Part shown: positions 1 through 11,497 of the stretch, piece by piece
Numbering within the stretch: the first letter of the stretch is position 1
Layout of the letters: every line of letters starts with the position of its first letter
Assembly (NCBI GenBank): GCA_951406725.2
Contig: OX597816.1
Coordinates: forward strand, 81,654,001 to 81,718,000
DNA from: Octopus vulgaris
Taxonomy: Eukaryota
DNA: 64,000 bases
Direction: 5' to 3'
Translations under genes and position numbers: made by a program
The notes under the pieces: generated by a model
The model's input: only the letters and a program-made list of their open reading frames with translations
What the model was told of the DNA's origin: nothing
Databases searched by the model: none

Positions 1-680
1 ACAAAATGTATGTAGGAAAAGGCAAGAAGATTGGGTTGATGATTAACAGGCTGTATATCAATAAATCCTGCTTCAAATGGACTTTGAAGTCCATGGTTGT
101 GGTGGCAGTTTAAATTGAATGAATACAATAAGTAGGTCTGAAGTGTACAAGCAATATACTGTTGTCATGGTTACATTACTAACTACCTGTGTCATACATT
201 TGCAGAAATTAAATTCCTTTGTAATGTAAGGTTGAAATTATGTCTGCTGTCTGCCAGTCAGATATCCATCGTCTTATCTTTTTCATATATATAATTCTTT
301 TGTTTGTATGCTATAACTTGTATTTTTTTTCTATTTAAAATTATAATCATGTACTGACTAAGAAGAAAAAGGAAGTTATTGGGAAAAGTAATGGAAGTAA
401 GTTTGACAAGAAAAATGTATAAATAAAGAAATCTGATCCTAAATGGATCATAGTGAACTGAGCTTAATGGTTCATAACATTAAGAAAATGAGAGACACTA
501 TGAAAATTTGGTGTCAAATTTCCTGCATTTAGCTAAACTGATTGCCCAATATCTTGTCTATTTAGTTATTTCATTTCTACATACTTGGAGTATATAATTA
601 AACTTTAATGTATTTAGACCCTTAAATACATTAACATTTTCCTCATTGGCTCACTTAGCTAGCATGAAATTTATTGTCTT

Positions 681-992
681 CATCAGCATTATTTAACATC
701 CACTTTCCATGCTGGTATGGATTGGATGGTTTGACTGGGACTAGTAAACCAGGGAGCTGCACCAGGTTCCAATCTGATTTTGTATGGTTTTTTTACAACT
801 GGATGCCCTTCCTAACACCAACCACTTCAAGAGTGCAATGGTTGCTTTTATGTGCAACCAGCAAACAACATTGGCAACACCCATAACTACTACAACTACA
901 ATTTCACTTGGTTTCATAAGTTTTCTCAGCACAGCATTGCCAAAGGTCTCAGTCACTTGTCATCGCCTCCGTGAGGTCCAACATTCGAAAGA
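681..992 (-). mobile_element. Short retroelement / RTE-LINE 3' tail copy (reverse orientation)
   Basis: catcagcattatttaacatccactttccatgctggtatgg...ggatgcccttcctaacacc is the reverse complement of the tail that follows the RTE RT fragment at about 9390-9560; it recurs many times in the window. Confidence 0.75.
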
Positions 993-1228
993 TCATACTA
1001 CTGCCATTAGCAATCTTCTGCTATTGTTTCACCCACTAATGTCATTACCTATAGTCTAGTCTATTGACCTGTTGAAGCACCACTGAACAATCCATGTTTA
1101 TGTAGTGATCCACAAGACAATTACACTATAACAGCACTACAAGTTGGTAAAACACCATTTATTCAATACAAGCAGAGATACCCAGCATTGCTCAGGATTA
1201 AAATGGAATAGTTTGTTATTGTTTTACA

Positions 1229-1488
1229 TGTTTCAGTCATGTGACTGCAGCCATGCTGTAGCACCATCTTTAGTCAAACAAATCGTCCCCAGGATTTATT
1301 CTTTGTAAGCCTAGTACTTGTTCTATCAGTGTTTTTTGCCTAACCACTAAGTTATAGGGACGTAAACACAGCAACATTGGTTGTCAAGTGATGGTGGGGG
1401 TACGAACACAGACACACACAAACAAATCTATACATATTCCTGATAGTCTTTTTTCAGTTTCCGTGTACGAAATCCACTCACACGGCTT
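1229..1488 (-). mobile_element. tRNA-headed SINE, 3' part (reverse orientation)
   Basis: Reverse complement matches the body and tail of the + strand copies at 47057-47423, 48277-48590 and 60970-61342 (gtgagtggattt...gactgaaaca). Confidence 0.75.
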
Positions 1489-1489
1489 A

Positions 1490-1740
1490 CCCATCCCTTA
1501 CACCCACTCCCACATATCCCACCCCACCCCATCCCTTACAGTCACTCCCACATACCCCACCTCTATCCCCACCCTCAGTCTAACCCACATACCCACCCTC
1601 AGCCTAATCCACACCCTACCCTTGCTTTCCCCACTCTCGCCTCCCCCACATCCTAACACCACCATACCACACAACACCACATCACATCACCAAGCACTGA
1701 TCACTTCCCAGCCCCACCATCCACACACCTACACATACAT
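1490..1740. repeat. C/A-rich low-complexity tract with short cccaccctcag repeats
   Basis: Direct reading; explains the spurious Pro/His/Thr-rich ORF 1388-1819. Confidence 0.8.
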
Positions 1741-1857
1741 GCTGTCTTGTACACATATGCACCTTTGTTTTGGGATCACCACTACTTTATTATCTCCCCT
1801 TCCTAGCTCTCCTCTGTGACCCCCTTTAATAGAAATTCCAAATTGTTTCTTAAGTTT

Positions 1858-2057
1858 TCTGTCTGTTCTCAATACATTCTCAAACTAAACTCTGCTTGCG
1901 AAGACCTGTCGAGGCAAGTGAAACCGAAATTGAAATCAAATTCGATCACTGGCATCCATCCTAGTAGAACACTAAGAGCACCATCCGAGCGTGATGATGC
2001 CAGAGCAGCTGATTGGCTTCTGTGTCAGTGGCACATAAAAAGCACCATTCAAGCATG

Positions 2058-2105
<48 letters not shown>

Positions 2106-2748
2106 GTTGTTTACATTTAAACACAAGAGCAAACTGCCTTCAACAGGCAGTTTTTAAACGTTAGAAGAATTAGTCAAAATGACCAAAAACACATTTAAGA
2201 GCAATCTTCAAAAGGAATGAAAAATAAAAACTTTTACCTTGTTATTGTAATCCGGTTAGACTTTGGTTTCAAAATTTTTTTAGCAAATAAAGTAATTTGC
2301 TAGGCAAATTTCTCATCAGCGACCACGCCATAACACTAACATATAATTAAGAGACGAATAACACTCATCTCATCCTTATACATTATAAATTTTCAAATTC
2401 ACCATGCAAGCACAGTTTCATTCGCTATTAGGTAAAAAATGCCAAACTAATCTTTTAAAGAAAAATTATAATGTATAATGATGAGACACCTGTTATTCAT
2501 CTCTTAATTATATGTTAGTGTTATGGCGCAGTCACTGATGAGAAATTTGCCTAGCAAATTATTTTATTTGCTAAAAAAATTTTGAAACCAAGGTCTGACT
2601 GGATTACAATAACAAGGTAAAAGTTTTTATTTTTCATTCTTTTTAAAGATTGCTCTTAAATGTGTTTTTGGTCATTTTGACTAATTCTTCTAACGTTTAA
2701 AAACTGCCTGTTGAAGGCAGTTTGCTCTTGTGTTTAAATGTAAACAAC

Positions 2749-2804
<56 letters not shown>

Positions 2805-3004
2805 CATGCTTGAATGGTGCTTTTTATGTGCCACTGGCACAGAAGCCAATCAGCTACTCTGGCAACATCACGCGCGGATGGTGCTCTTAGTGTTCTACTA
2901 GGATGGATGCCAGTGATCAAATTTGATTTCAATTTCGGTTTCACTTGCCTCAACAGGTCTTCGCAAGCAGAGTTTAGTTTGAGAATGTATTGGGAACAGA
3001 CAGA
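1858..3004. repeat. Long inverted repeat: arms about 1858-2394 and 2460-3004, spacer about 65 bp, an (AT)n tract inside each arm
   Basis: tctgtctgttctcaatacattctc... pairs with ...gagaatgtattgggaacagacaga; 7 mismatches counted in the outer ~200 bp; (AT)n at 2061-2102 and 2756-2801. Confidence 0.95.
2103..2755. mobile_element. MITE/foldback-like core with ~290-bp TIRs sitting in a TA microsatellite
   Basis: aatgttgtttacatttaaacac... / ...gtgtttaaatgtaaacaacatt flanked by (TA)n; no ORF. Confidence 0.55.
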
Positions 3005-3370
3005 GATACAAAGTATTTTATATATACATATAAATATAGATAGATAGATGTTGTTGCTTATATCAGCAAGCTATACTTCCCAGCAGCTCTTATTTTTTAG
3101 TTAGATTAGGCTGTTGTGAAACAAATATTTTTGATAGAGATTGTTGCAGAGCCAGTGAAAAATGAATCCTGTTAATTCCTCAGCCAATAGTACAACTTTG
3201 TGGGATTTATCAACTCCCTTATATGTAGGTACAGCTATGTGTCATCAAGATAGTCAATTAGACATTGTTATCTTCACTATCTTGATAACATATAGTATAC
3301 CTGTATTAGTCTAGTACCATTTTCTACCAATGAAAGTTATGTAAAGATTACTATTTTATTTTCTTCTCTT

Positions 3371-3750
3371 CATCATCATTATCATCATTTAACATCCACT
3401 TTTCCATATTAGCATGGGTCAGCCAGAATTTGTTAAGGCAGTTTTTCAACAGCCTGATGTTTTTCCTGTTACCAACCCTTTCCTGTTTCCAAGCAAAGTA
3501 ATATTTCCCCATCACCAGACATGTTATAGCAGAATATTGGAAATGAATGACTGCTTGTATGACAGTGATGCTCATTTACAATCATCACATGATATACATA
3601 CAAGCATACACACACACATATATGACAGGCTACTTTTGGTTTCCATCTAACAAATCTACTCACAAGGTTTTGGTCAGCTTGAGACCCTAGTAGAAGACAC
3701 TTGCCCAAGGTGTTAAACAGTAGGACTGAACCCAAAACCAAGCCATACCT
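3371..3750 (-). mobile_element. Chimeric SINE: tRNA/CORE-like head with RTE-type (GAT)n tail
   Basis: agtagaagacacttgcccaagg (reverse complement of ccttgggcaagtgtcttctact) at the right end; catcatcattatcatcatttaacatccac tail at the left end. Confidence 0.7.
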
Positions 3751-3859
3751 GAACCTATTCTGGATTTATATTGTTGATCTGGTTTCTTAAAAGGCAATAG
3801 GGACGATATCAGTGTTCTGTGGATTATAACTAGTTAATAAGAGCTAAGATTGAGAGCTT

Positions 3860-4042
3860 CTGTATGGTCACTCCACCTGTTATAGCTGCCAAATCTTTCT
3901 CAGAATCAATTCCTATCATCTTAATAAGTGAAGAACACATTAGATCATATAGTCTAGGCTACATTATGCCTGAATATAAAAATGAGTGGGTCAGCTGGAA
4001 TGCTCTGCTTGATCAGTGTTGATGTGAGACTAAACAATAACA
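3860..4042 (+). mobile_element. Dispersed short repeat family, probably a SINE 3' module (tagcagccaaatct...tgatca...ctaaacaacaac)
   Basis: Similar segments at about 6590-6760, 6850-7040, 13530-13630, 38270-38450 (+) and 33570-33740 (-). Confidence 0.5.
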
Positions 4043-4670
4043 GCTTGTCAACTTGTTGAACAAGATTGTATGAGAAGAATAGCTGAAGGTAATGGAACTT
4101 GTAGAGACCACTCTGACATATTGACACAGATACATTATGCTAGTTTCTGTAATACTCCAGTTAGAAATGCACTGAACCATATAAAATGTTAATTTGACAT
4201 TCTATAGCTTCTCTTTTAAAATAAGTACAGAATATGTACGTTGAAAGTGACTGAAAACTATAACAGACAAATATACAAACATTTTCTGGTTATATCCAAT
4301 GTTATTTTCTTTAACTTAATTATTAGTGTCATGTATCTGTTAGCTGTTGGTGTACCATTGAAAATTATGTTTATGCAGTGTATCTAGGACACTAGCTGAT
4401 CTGAGCCTATCCCTCTCCATGCCAACAAATTATTAATCAAGTTTATAATACTATACTCCCCCGCAATACATATTTTATCATATTGACTTAACTAATTACA
4501 TTCTCTCTAAATAACATCAATCCCTAAAAATATTTCCTTCTTATTTCACTCAATTTTATATTTTCCTTATTTTATTACTTCTTCTAATCTGCTTGCTTAT
4601 CTATCAGTTTTGCCAAAGAAGTCAACATACAACATGCATCCTATAAATTACTATATGATGGATATATAAG

Positions 4671-5148
4671 ATCTTATGGCGATCCTTCGGTTTGACCCGA
4701 CAAAACAATAACAAGACCTCACTTGTTTCCGTGACTCGACAATTCACTTCGGATATCTTTGGGACCTCCGTGACAGCTACTAAAGTGTGTCTGTGTGTGC
4801 GTGCTTGTTCTTGTTTGTTTGTGTGTGTGTGTGTGTGCGTGCTTGTTCTTGTCTGTGTGTGTGTGTGTGCTTGTTCTTGTCTGTGTGTGTGTGTGTTCTG
4901 ACACACAGACAAGGACAAGCATGCACACCCACACATACAAACACACACAGACAAGAACAAGCACACACACACACAGGCACACAGACAAGAACAAGCATGC
5001 ATGCACACACACATACACTTTAGTAGCTGTCACAGCAGTTGTCACGGAGGTCACAAAGATATCTGAAGTGAATTGTCGAGTTGTCACGGAAACAAGCGAG
5101 GTCTTGTTATTGTTTTGTGGAGTCAAATCGAAGGATCGCCACATGATA
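4671..5148. mobile_element. Foldback-like palindromic element with modular (GT)n-containing inner arms
   Basis: tggcgatccttcggtttgac...taaagtgtgt pairs with acactttagtagctgtcac...gtcaaatcgaaggatcgcca; inner gtgcttgttcttgtctgtgtgt modules are mirrored by acacagacaagaacaagcac; symmetry centre near 4899 with almost no spacer. Confidence 0.85.
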
Positions 5149-5245
5149 AGCTGTTTGTTGTGTAACCACTTCATCTTCATTTGCAAGATACATCTTGGTT
5201 ATCCATTATTTAGCTCACCTTAACAATTTTACCTTTATAAAACAA

Positions 5246-6580
5246 CTAGCAGTATCGCCCGGCGTTGCTCGGCTTTGTAAGGGAAATAACTATATAAGCA
5301 TTTTTAGAGAGTTATAGCCAAAAGTAGCAAAGAAATGCATTAAAAATTGAAAAAAAATTAAGGTAAATTTTTCTTTAAATCGTTGACACATCGTAGATAT
5401 TTTTAGAGAGTTACTTCCCTTATATAAAAGCGAAAAAAATGCATTAAAATGGAAAAATATGATGGTAATTTTTTTTAAATCGTAGACGCGCGCTAATACC
5501 CAGAAGGGCTCGTTTGTTATTCTGGGTAACTTTCTGTAAAATTATTAAAATTTTGTTCAAACATCGCTATAGAAAATGGGTTATTAGCTAATATTCAATT
5601 GGGTATACAACAAAATTTTACGATAGAATTTGTTATTCTGGGTAACTTTCTGTAAAATTATTAAAATTTTGTTCAAACATCGCTATAGAAAATGGGTTAT
5701 TAGCTAATATTCAATTGGGTATACAACAAAATTTTACGATAGAATTTGTTATTCTGGGTAACTTTCTGTAAAATTATTAAAAATTTGTTCAAACATCGCT
5801 ATAGAAAATGGGTTATTAGCTAATATTCAATTGGGTATACAACAAAATTTTACGATAGAATTTGTTATTCTGGGTAACTTTCTGTAAAATTATTAAAATT
5901 TTGTTCAAACATCGCTATAGAAAATGGGTTATTAGCTAATATTCAATTGGGTATACAACAAAATTTTACGATAGAATTTGTTATTCTGGGTAACTTTCTG
6001 ATACCCATAATAATATTTATGGCAAAATAGGCCTTAATTTCATTTAAGGTTGTGGGAAATAACAAACTATCCTTTCTTTCGGTTTGTTTACGTTTAGCGT
6101 AATGATTTCAAATAGGCTCATTCGAAAAAGTAAATAGAAATAGTCTAAGGCTTTACTCTTCTGGGAAAGTCTGTGGCTTGGTCCAGTTTCTGCAGAAAAC
6201 TCACCGAAAGAAACAGTTTTTAAATTTTCACTCCATTCAGGTACCAATTCGTTTTCTTTATCGCTGTCGGATTCACTGTTTTCACTTTAATAGCTGCAAA
6301 GGTGATAGCGTCAGTGAAACAATTCGCTCCCTTTGTGTGTGTGTGCGTTTGCGTGTGGTGTAAACCAGACTAAGAAAAGCATTTGACACACACACCAGAA
6401 TGTGAGTTTTCTGTAAATTTTGCTTAATTGGAGTTTAAATTTTAAAAACTGGACCTGGCATGACGCGATGCATTGTACTCTTAAAATTGCTAGGTAAATT
6501 GTAATTGAAGAAATCCTATATTGTAGATTTGTATAACTCCCAAAGGGAGGCAGATAAAATCTGCCTTTTATAATAAGAGA
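5246..6580 (-). mobile_element. Non-autonomous Helitron, both termini intact
   Basis: On the - strand it starts A|TCTCTTATTATAAAAGGCAG and ends ...CCGAGCAACGCCGGGCGATACTGCTAG|T: 5' TC, GC-rich subterminal hairpin, 3' CTAG, insertion between A and T, no TSD. Confidence 0.85.
5513..6000. repeat. Tandem array, 116-bp unit, about 4.2 copies, inside the Helitron
   Basis: Unit tttgttattctgggtaactttctg... starts at 5513, 5629, 5745, 5861 and 5977; copies nearly identical. Confidence 0.95.
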
Positions 6581-7370
6581 TGAAGTCACTTAGTCTACTA
6601 GAAAAAGCAACCAAATCTTCCTCAGATCACACCATACTCTCTTAAAAAAGGGAAAGACAAAATATGCAATGTTGTTATATAGATATACAAAAGAAAAAAT
6701 GTAACGGTTTTCTTTTAATCATAGATCTGCTTAGGCAGGGCTGACTTAGATTCAACAATAATAACATATCTTACTACTGAGTCTTGCAGCTAGCTGTAAA
6801 ATGACATGACACTTGCTGTCACAACTATTCCTTGATTGGAACCAATAGGGGAGCCTCTGTATGGTTGCTCTATCCTTTAGAAATAGCAGCCACATCTTCA
6901 AATCATACTGTATTAAAAAAATAAGAGCACATTGGATTAATGTCCAATATACACTACACAATAGCAGACATGATCGTTATGGGTGAAATGCCTTGATCAC
7001 AGGTGTGTTTGATGAGGGTTGACCTGAAATTGGACAACCACAGTTACTGTAGTTCAATTTATCAGTATCTGCTGTTTATGTTCATACTTTCTGATAGATT
7101 AGTCATCCTGTGTAGCATGATATGATTTTCATCACTTAGGTTTACAGTCATACTTATAAGTCAGTTTGTGTCCTGTATGTCTGCATTTGATAAACTGTGT
7201 TTGGAGTAGGTGTGATATTGATATTTACATTTTGGCTGCACACTGACTAAAAAGCATTTTGTTTCTAATTATTTAAAATTTTTTTTTTTTTATTGTAATT
7301 TTTTTATTGTCATGTTTCTGGTAAATATTTTCTTAGATAGCAGAAACTGCAAATTTTCTGTTAAATATTA

Positions 7371-7383
7371 ATGGCATTAATTG
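7371..7383 (+). CDS. Candidate alternative start exon (coding part M-A-L-I + 1 nt); exon about 7337-7383
   Basis: T-rich tract then ttcttag acceptor (7336); in-frame TAA at 7362; ATGG; donor TTG|GTAAGT, phase 1. Confidence 0.4.
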
Positions 7384-7559
7384 GTAAGTTTTCATTATGA
7401 ACCTCTTCTCAAAAAATAACTGATTCTAAAATTGAGTCAAGTACAATTATTAAAGCAGGAAATTTTGCCTAAATAGCAGTAATCTTATAATAATATACTC
7501 GGAGAAACCCCACCTCCTTAGCAGTTTCTGCCTAGTATATGGTATATCTAATATATTAT

Positions 7560-9020
7560 CACATCTTTTTGTTCAGTGCATCTTTTCTCTCAAGATGCTA
7601 CACTCTGTTGAACATGCACACTGACATTGCACATCCGGTGAAGCATATTGGCTTCATTTCTTTCAAGCCTACGCCTGTCCTTGGCTGTTATAGCCCATGT
7701 TTCACTGACGTGTAGCATAGCTGTTCACACAGGCATCACACAATCTGCCTTTCACTCTGTTGCCAGCAGTAGGAGCTCTCTGAACTTTGCCCAGCCTAAT
7801 CTTATTCTCACAGCTATGCTCTTGGAGCATTCATCTCCACTATTAACTTGGTCGCCTATATAACAGAAGCTATATACTACCTCTAGCTTACCCCAGTGGC
7901 TGTTGATGGAGTCTATTTTCTGTACATTTTTGGTGTTTATTGTACCTGTGTATCTTACACAAACAAAAGCTATTTTCCCTGTTAACCTTCCTCTGATATT
8001 GCTGCACCTCTTATGTGTCCATAGCTTACACAGGGTACATCTTATCGACTTTCTACCTACGCCTTTCTACAGATTGAGCAGGGCCATCTATCTGAAAGGA
8101 TTTGTTTATTTGACTGCCTTCCTACTTACTAAAACTTTGGTTTTTGCTAGGTTAACTCTAAGATCTTTTGATACTAGACCTTGCTTTCATACCTGAAACT
8201 TCTTCACTAGTTCTACCACCATGTCACCCTGGATGGGATTTTATACCAGCTGCAGATTTGGTCTGTGGCACTCAGCAAGCTGTCTTGCAGGAATCTCAGT
8301 TGCCCTCTATGTCACAAGTCCTCCTCTCTCTCATCAAATTTCTCAATTAAGATGTCCCTAAATCTCTGACCATATGAAGGGTCCTTAAGCCTCCAAATCC
8401 TTCTTTTCTAGATTGGTCTGCTTCTCAACATTCTTCTGACCTGCAATCTAAAGTCATTAATGACTAGTTTGTGCTGGTGGGTACGTTCTTCACCATGGAG
8501 GGTCTTTGTATTTTAGAGCAACCTTCCATGCCGCTGTCTGGTGAGAATATAATCGATCTGGTTAGCACAGTCACCTGATTTGTAGATTATCAGGTGGCTG
8601 GCTTACATCCTGCAATTGGTGTTGCAGATCAATAGGTTATTTGCATCATGGAACTCCAGTAGCCTTGTTCCCCCTTCGTTTCAGGAACCAATTCTATTGC
8701 CCCCATGAACACCATGGAAGATACCAGACTGCCATCTGACATGCCCATTGAAATCCCCAGCCACGAAAATGAGATCATTGTCACCTATCTTTGAGGTAGC
8801 CTGCAGAAGAATATCATAAAATTGATCCTTCGGTTCATTTGGTAGGCCTGCTTGTGAGACATAGGCAGAGATAATTCTCGCTATACTATTCTGCAAGACT
8901 AGTACTCTATCACACACTCTGACTATCTCTATGATCTTATCCACCATTTCTCTGCAAGAAGTATGCCCACACCACCTACCCATCACTAGCAATTCTATAT
9001 AGGAGTGAATCCAGAAGATA
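7560..9020 (-). mobile_element. Degenerate RTE-clade LINE (AP-endonuclease and RT fragments, internally deleted)
   Basis: ORF 8681-9025 has the APE-type segment SAYVSQAGL...KDQFYD...IFVAGDFNGHV; RT C-terminal RNEANMLHRMCNVSVHV-like segment near 7600-7670; stops and frameshifts. Confidence 0.85.
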
Positions 9021-9024
9021 TGCA

Positions 9025-9562
9025 AAGGCTAGAGAAGAATGAAGCTAGTATGTTCCACTGGATGTGTAATGTAAGTGTACATGTTTGACAGAGCGCTAAT
9101 ATGTTGAAAGAGAAGTAAGGCATAAGAGGAATTAGAGGCAGTAAGAGGGAAACCCAGAAAGACAGGACAAAGTACTGGAGGACGATCTCAGGATGCTGTA
9201 CCTTTCAGATGAGTTGATGAAGGGCCGAGATACTTGGCACCTTGTAAGAAGACCTGTCCTACACATTAGAAGTATTCAGGCTGCTTCCACTGCTGAAGAG
9301 CATTGGCCTGCAATAGTCCTGTGCCAACGGCTCATAAAATGCACTCATGCTGGTGCTATGTTGACGTGCTCATGTGGTGTGGTGTCATGTTAAAAACACC
9401 CAGTACACACTGTAAAGTGGTTGGCATTAGGGAGGACATCAAGCCATAGAAACCAAGCCAAATCAGACTGGAACCTGGTGCAGCTCTCCAGCATACCAGC
9501 TTCAGTCAAACTGTCCAACCCATGCTAACGTGTAAAACAGGCGTTAAAGGATCATCATCATC
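9025..9562 (+). mobile_element. RTE-clade LINE 3' fragment with 3' UTR tail
   Basis: aatgaagctagtatgttccactggatgtgtaatgtaagtgtacat reads NEASMFHWMCNVSVH; followed by the shared tail ...ccaacccatgc...gttaaaggatcatcatc. Confidence 0.75.
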
Positions 9563-9899
9563 AAAGAAGCTAGTGATGGAAGTTTTGCGGAACTGTACAG
9601 AATGGCACAAGACAGACATGGGTGAAAGGCCACAAAGGCTCAGTTATTTTAGCCCTCCATCTAGAGAGAGAGAGAGAGAGAGGTTGAGAAAGAGGCAGAG
9701 GTGATATTTGTGCATTTCAATTAGTGAAAATGTTCTATTCATTAGTTCTTTTATCCATCCAGCTAGTTCTGAGAACGAGTCTAAAATACCATTGTTCAAA
9801 TGCTTCAATTTCCCTTTTATCAATTTTCTTTATAATCCAGCATTCAGCTCTATAGGTAGCTATTCTAAATAGTAATGAATTGAGGAGTCGTTTTTTATT

Positions 9900-10170
9900 T
9901 ATTTACAAGGAGATGACCTTATTCTTTCATATGTTGTTCTGTGTTATCATGACATTCTTGGCTATGCCAAGTCTTCTCTTGATTCCGTCATTGTAGTCAT
10001 TAGTAATAAGAATACCAAGGTACACAAATTCTTTTACATTTTCAATATTTTCATTGTTGTGCTTTTAGCTATTTTCACTACTTTCATTTTGGGGGAACTC
10101 AGATGAAGTCCAACTTGAGTACTTGCATCATTTCTCTATTAACTAAGTCTTGTAGTGTTTGCATTGTCTC
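9900..10170 (-). mobile_element. Non-LTR retrotransposon RT fragment (RTE-like)
   Basis: The - strand reads NNENIENVKEFVYLGILITND...GIKRRLGIAK, the F.YLG motif of RT domain 7. Confidence 0.65.
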
Positions 10171-11187
10171 CATACTTCAGACTTGTGATGACCTCGCCCT
10201 AAAATTTAAAGTCTTTGTGCCCAATCAAAAGAAACCAAATATAATTTTTAAATAAATTATATTAAAAACTTAGTATATTTGATTGTTTTTTTTTTTTAAA
10301 TCACCTGATAAGCTCATGAAGGCTCTCCAATCATCCAATGTAAAGCTAAGTTTATCCTATTTATTTTGAAACCCTTCATTGAGTGTCTGACAGGTGCACA
10401 CAACACAATGGCTTTATGAAAACATATTAATGAAATGTCTACTGCTATTATACATAATCTTCAACCACAAGTGTTAACAACCTGAACTGACCTACTTTAC
10501 TTCCATGTGCTGCTTTTTTTTTATGGTTCTACTAATTTTTGTCACTTCTGAAAGACAGTCAGTAAAATAACAAAAAAATATTGTTAAAATATACTCAGTT
10601 ACATCTTTGAATAAGGGGGAAATGAAATAGCTAACTTTGTGGCAAACCACCCTCTTATGCTACAATTATAAACCAGAAACAGATAATTAATAAAATCAAA
10701 TTATAAACGTATTGAGTCACTGCTTGTGCTTTAAACCTTTATTATAATAATACATTTATGATACAAAGAATTATCACACCCCACAAACAATACTATAATT
10801 GTAGTATATATTAGATTACCTGCATTAAAACAAATTGTATAATATTCAGTAAAGTGGATGGTTTATATGTGGAGTGTACATGCCAAGTAACTTGAAAAAT
10901 TTCAACTTTGCTCTTCACGAATTTCATATGCAAGATTTGGTTTTGGTTATACAATATCATGCTAATTTCTTTTAAATATTCACAGGTTTCTCTCCATGTC
11001 ACCATTAAACCTTTATAAACCTATAACATTTCCTCCTCTCCATCTCCCACTCTCCTTTCACAATCTTATGAATTTACCCACCCACTCACCCTATCCAATC
11101 CCTGGTCCATTTCACTATATACACCTCCCTGTAACTTGGGTGTATGCCACATTACATCTTCACCATTTTATATCTCTCATTTCTTTA

Positions 11188-11219
<32 letters not shown>

Positions 11220-11279
11220 TTCCAACTGCTGTATCTCCCCTACTTATCACCTGGTAATACTACTCTCCACTCAGCTGAG

Positions 11280-11497
11280 GGGTCTTGTCCTGCAACTTAT
11301 TTGGTAACCTCACTGTTGCTCGTGCCATGTAAAAAGCACCCTGTACACTCTGTAAAGTGGTTGGCATTTGGAAGGGCATCTAGCTGTAGAAACATACCAA
11401 AGCAGACAGCAGAGCTTGATGCATTTTTCTGACTTATCAGCTCCAACTCATGCCAGCGTGGATGGAGGACATCAAATGATGATAGTGATGATGATGA
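11280..11497 (+). mobile_element. RTE-type tail / short retroelement
   Basis: taaaaagcacc...gtggttggcatttggaagggcatc...gatgatgatga, same family as 9390-9560. Confidence 0.7.

Noticed and set aside
1388-1819. 143-aa Pro/His-rich ORF
   Set aside because: Spans a SINE and a C-rich low-complexity tract; no splice or domain support
1858-3004. Palindrome as a chimeric-read or assembly artefact
   Set aside because: Arms differ by scattered transitions and in (AT)n length, which fits real ageing better; long reads would still be needed to exclude it fully
4622-5223. Overlapping ORFs of 69-155 aa
   Set aside because: Translations of (GT)/(CA) repeats in a palindrome (Cys-Val and His-Thr runs)
5513-6000. 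Regular repeat array as a possible CRISPR
   Set aside because: Head-to-tail 116-bp units with no unique spacers, no cas genes, eukaryotic context
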